A DNA stretch of 64,000 bases from Girardia tigrina. Taxonomy: Eukaryota. A model generated the notes under the pieces. The model had not been told where the DNA came from. It ran no database searches and saw only the letters and a program-made list of their open reading frames with translations. This document shows positions 63,598-64,000 of the stretch, piece by piece. The stretch covers positions 1 through 64,000 of the forward strand of contig MQRK01227496.1 of assembly GCA_001938485.1 (NCBI GenBank). The letters are read 5' to 3'. How positions within the stretch are numbered: the first letter of the stretch is position 1; each line of letters begins with the position of its first letter. The translations under genes and the position numbers were made by a program.

Positions 63598-63789
63598 ATA
63601 AAAATAAGACGACGCGTTTCGCGATATTAATAATCCCATTATGAGGTCACAAAATGCACTAAGCAAGTACACTATATGGAATAATTTATATATTATAAAT
63701 TATTTATATATTATTTATATATATATATATATATATTATTTATATATTATTTATATATTTATATATTACTTATGGGATTAATTATTTAT

Positions 63790-64000
63790 TATATTGATTT
63801 TACTTTACAATGTGTATATTCCGACATTAAAATCAATTATTTTTTGAACAAATTGGAAAGAACAAAGGAATTCAAAACGAAATGTATTTTGTCGGTGTGT
63901 GATTGTTTTGCATTGACCAAATGTGTTATACAAAATTTTATTATCATAAAACAAGTAGAAAGTTAAGGTCACAGAGGACCACAGAGAGGGCCGTTTTAGA
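63790..64000 (-). mobile_element. 3' UTR of a second NeSL/Utopia-type copy, continuing past the window end
   Basis: Aligns with 41550-41765 (gtcggtgtg.gattgt...caaaattttattatcataaaacaagtagaa...ggtcacagaggaccacaga). Confidence 0.85.

Overview
AT-rich, intron-rich animal genomic DNA from a gapped draft assembly. The repeat repertoire and composition suggest a planarian flatworm, but this is an inference. Almost the whole window is one minus-strand gene for a discoidin-domain-receptor (DDR)-like membrane protein. Eight phase-compatible GT-AG exons were reconstructed between 63383 and 5096, covering the DS domain, DS-like domain, stalk, TM helix and cytoplasmic juxtamembrane region. The 5' exons lie beyond the window end and no kinase exon is visible. 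The introns are filled with mostly dead transposons: mariner, Tc1, Tigger, Chapaev3, piggyBac, hAT, Penelope, NeSL/Utopia-type non-LTR and Gypsy with solo LTRs. Most notable observations: (1) a 5S-rRNA-derived SINE whose 120-nt head keeps the 5S fold despite divergence; (2) an intronless mosaic of host gene fragments (internally deleted cyclophilin H followed in frame by a PPP-phosphatase motif); (3) a 549-bp Maverick/Polinton-like miniature with a 6-bp TSD; (4) a Gypsy LTR family with TG...TA ends whose gag ATG is formed by the LTR/PBS junction; (5) several degenerate Penelope-type hammerhead cores; (6) the possibility that the DDR-like receptor lacks a kinase domain.
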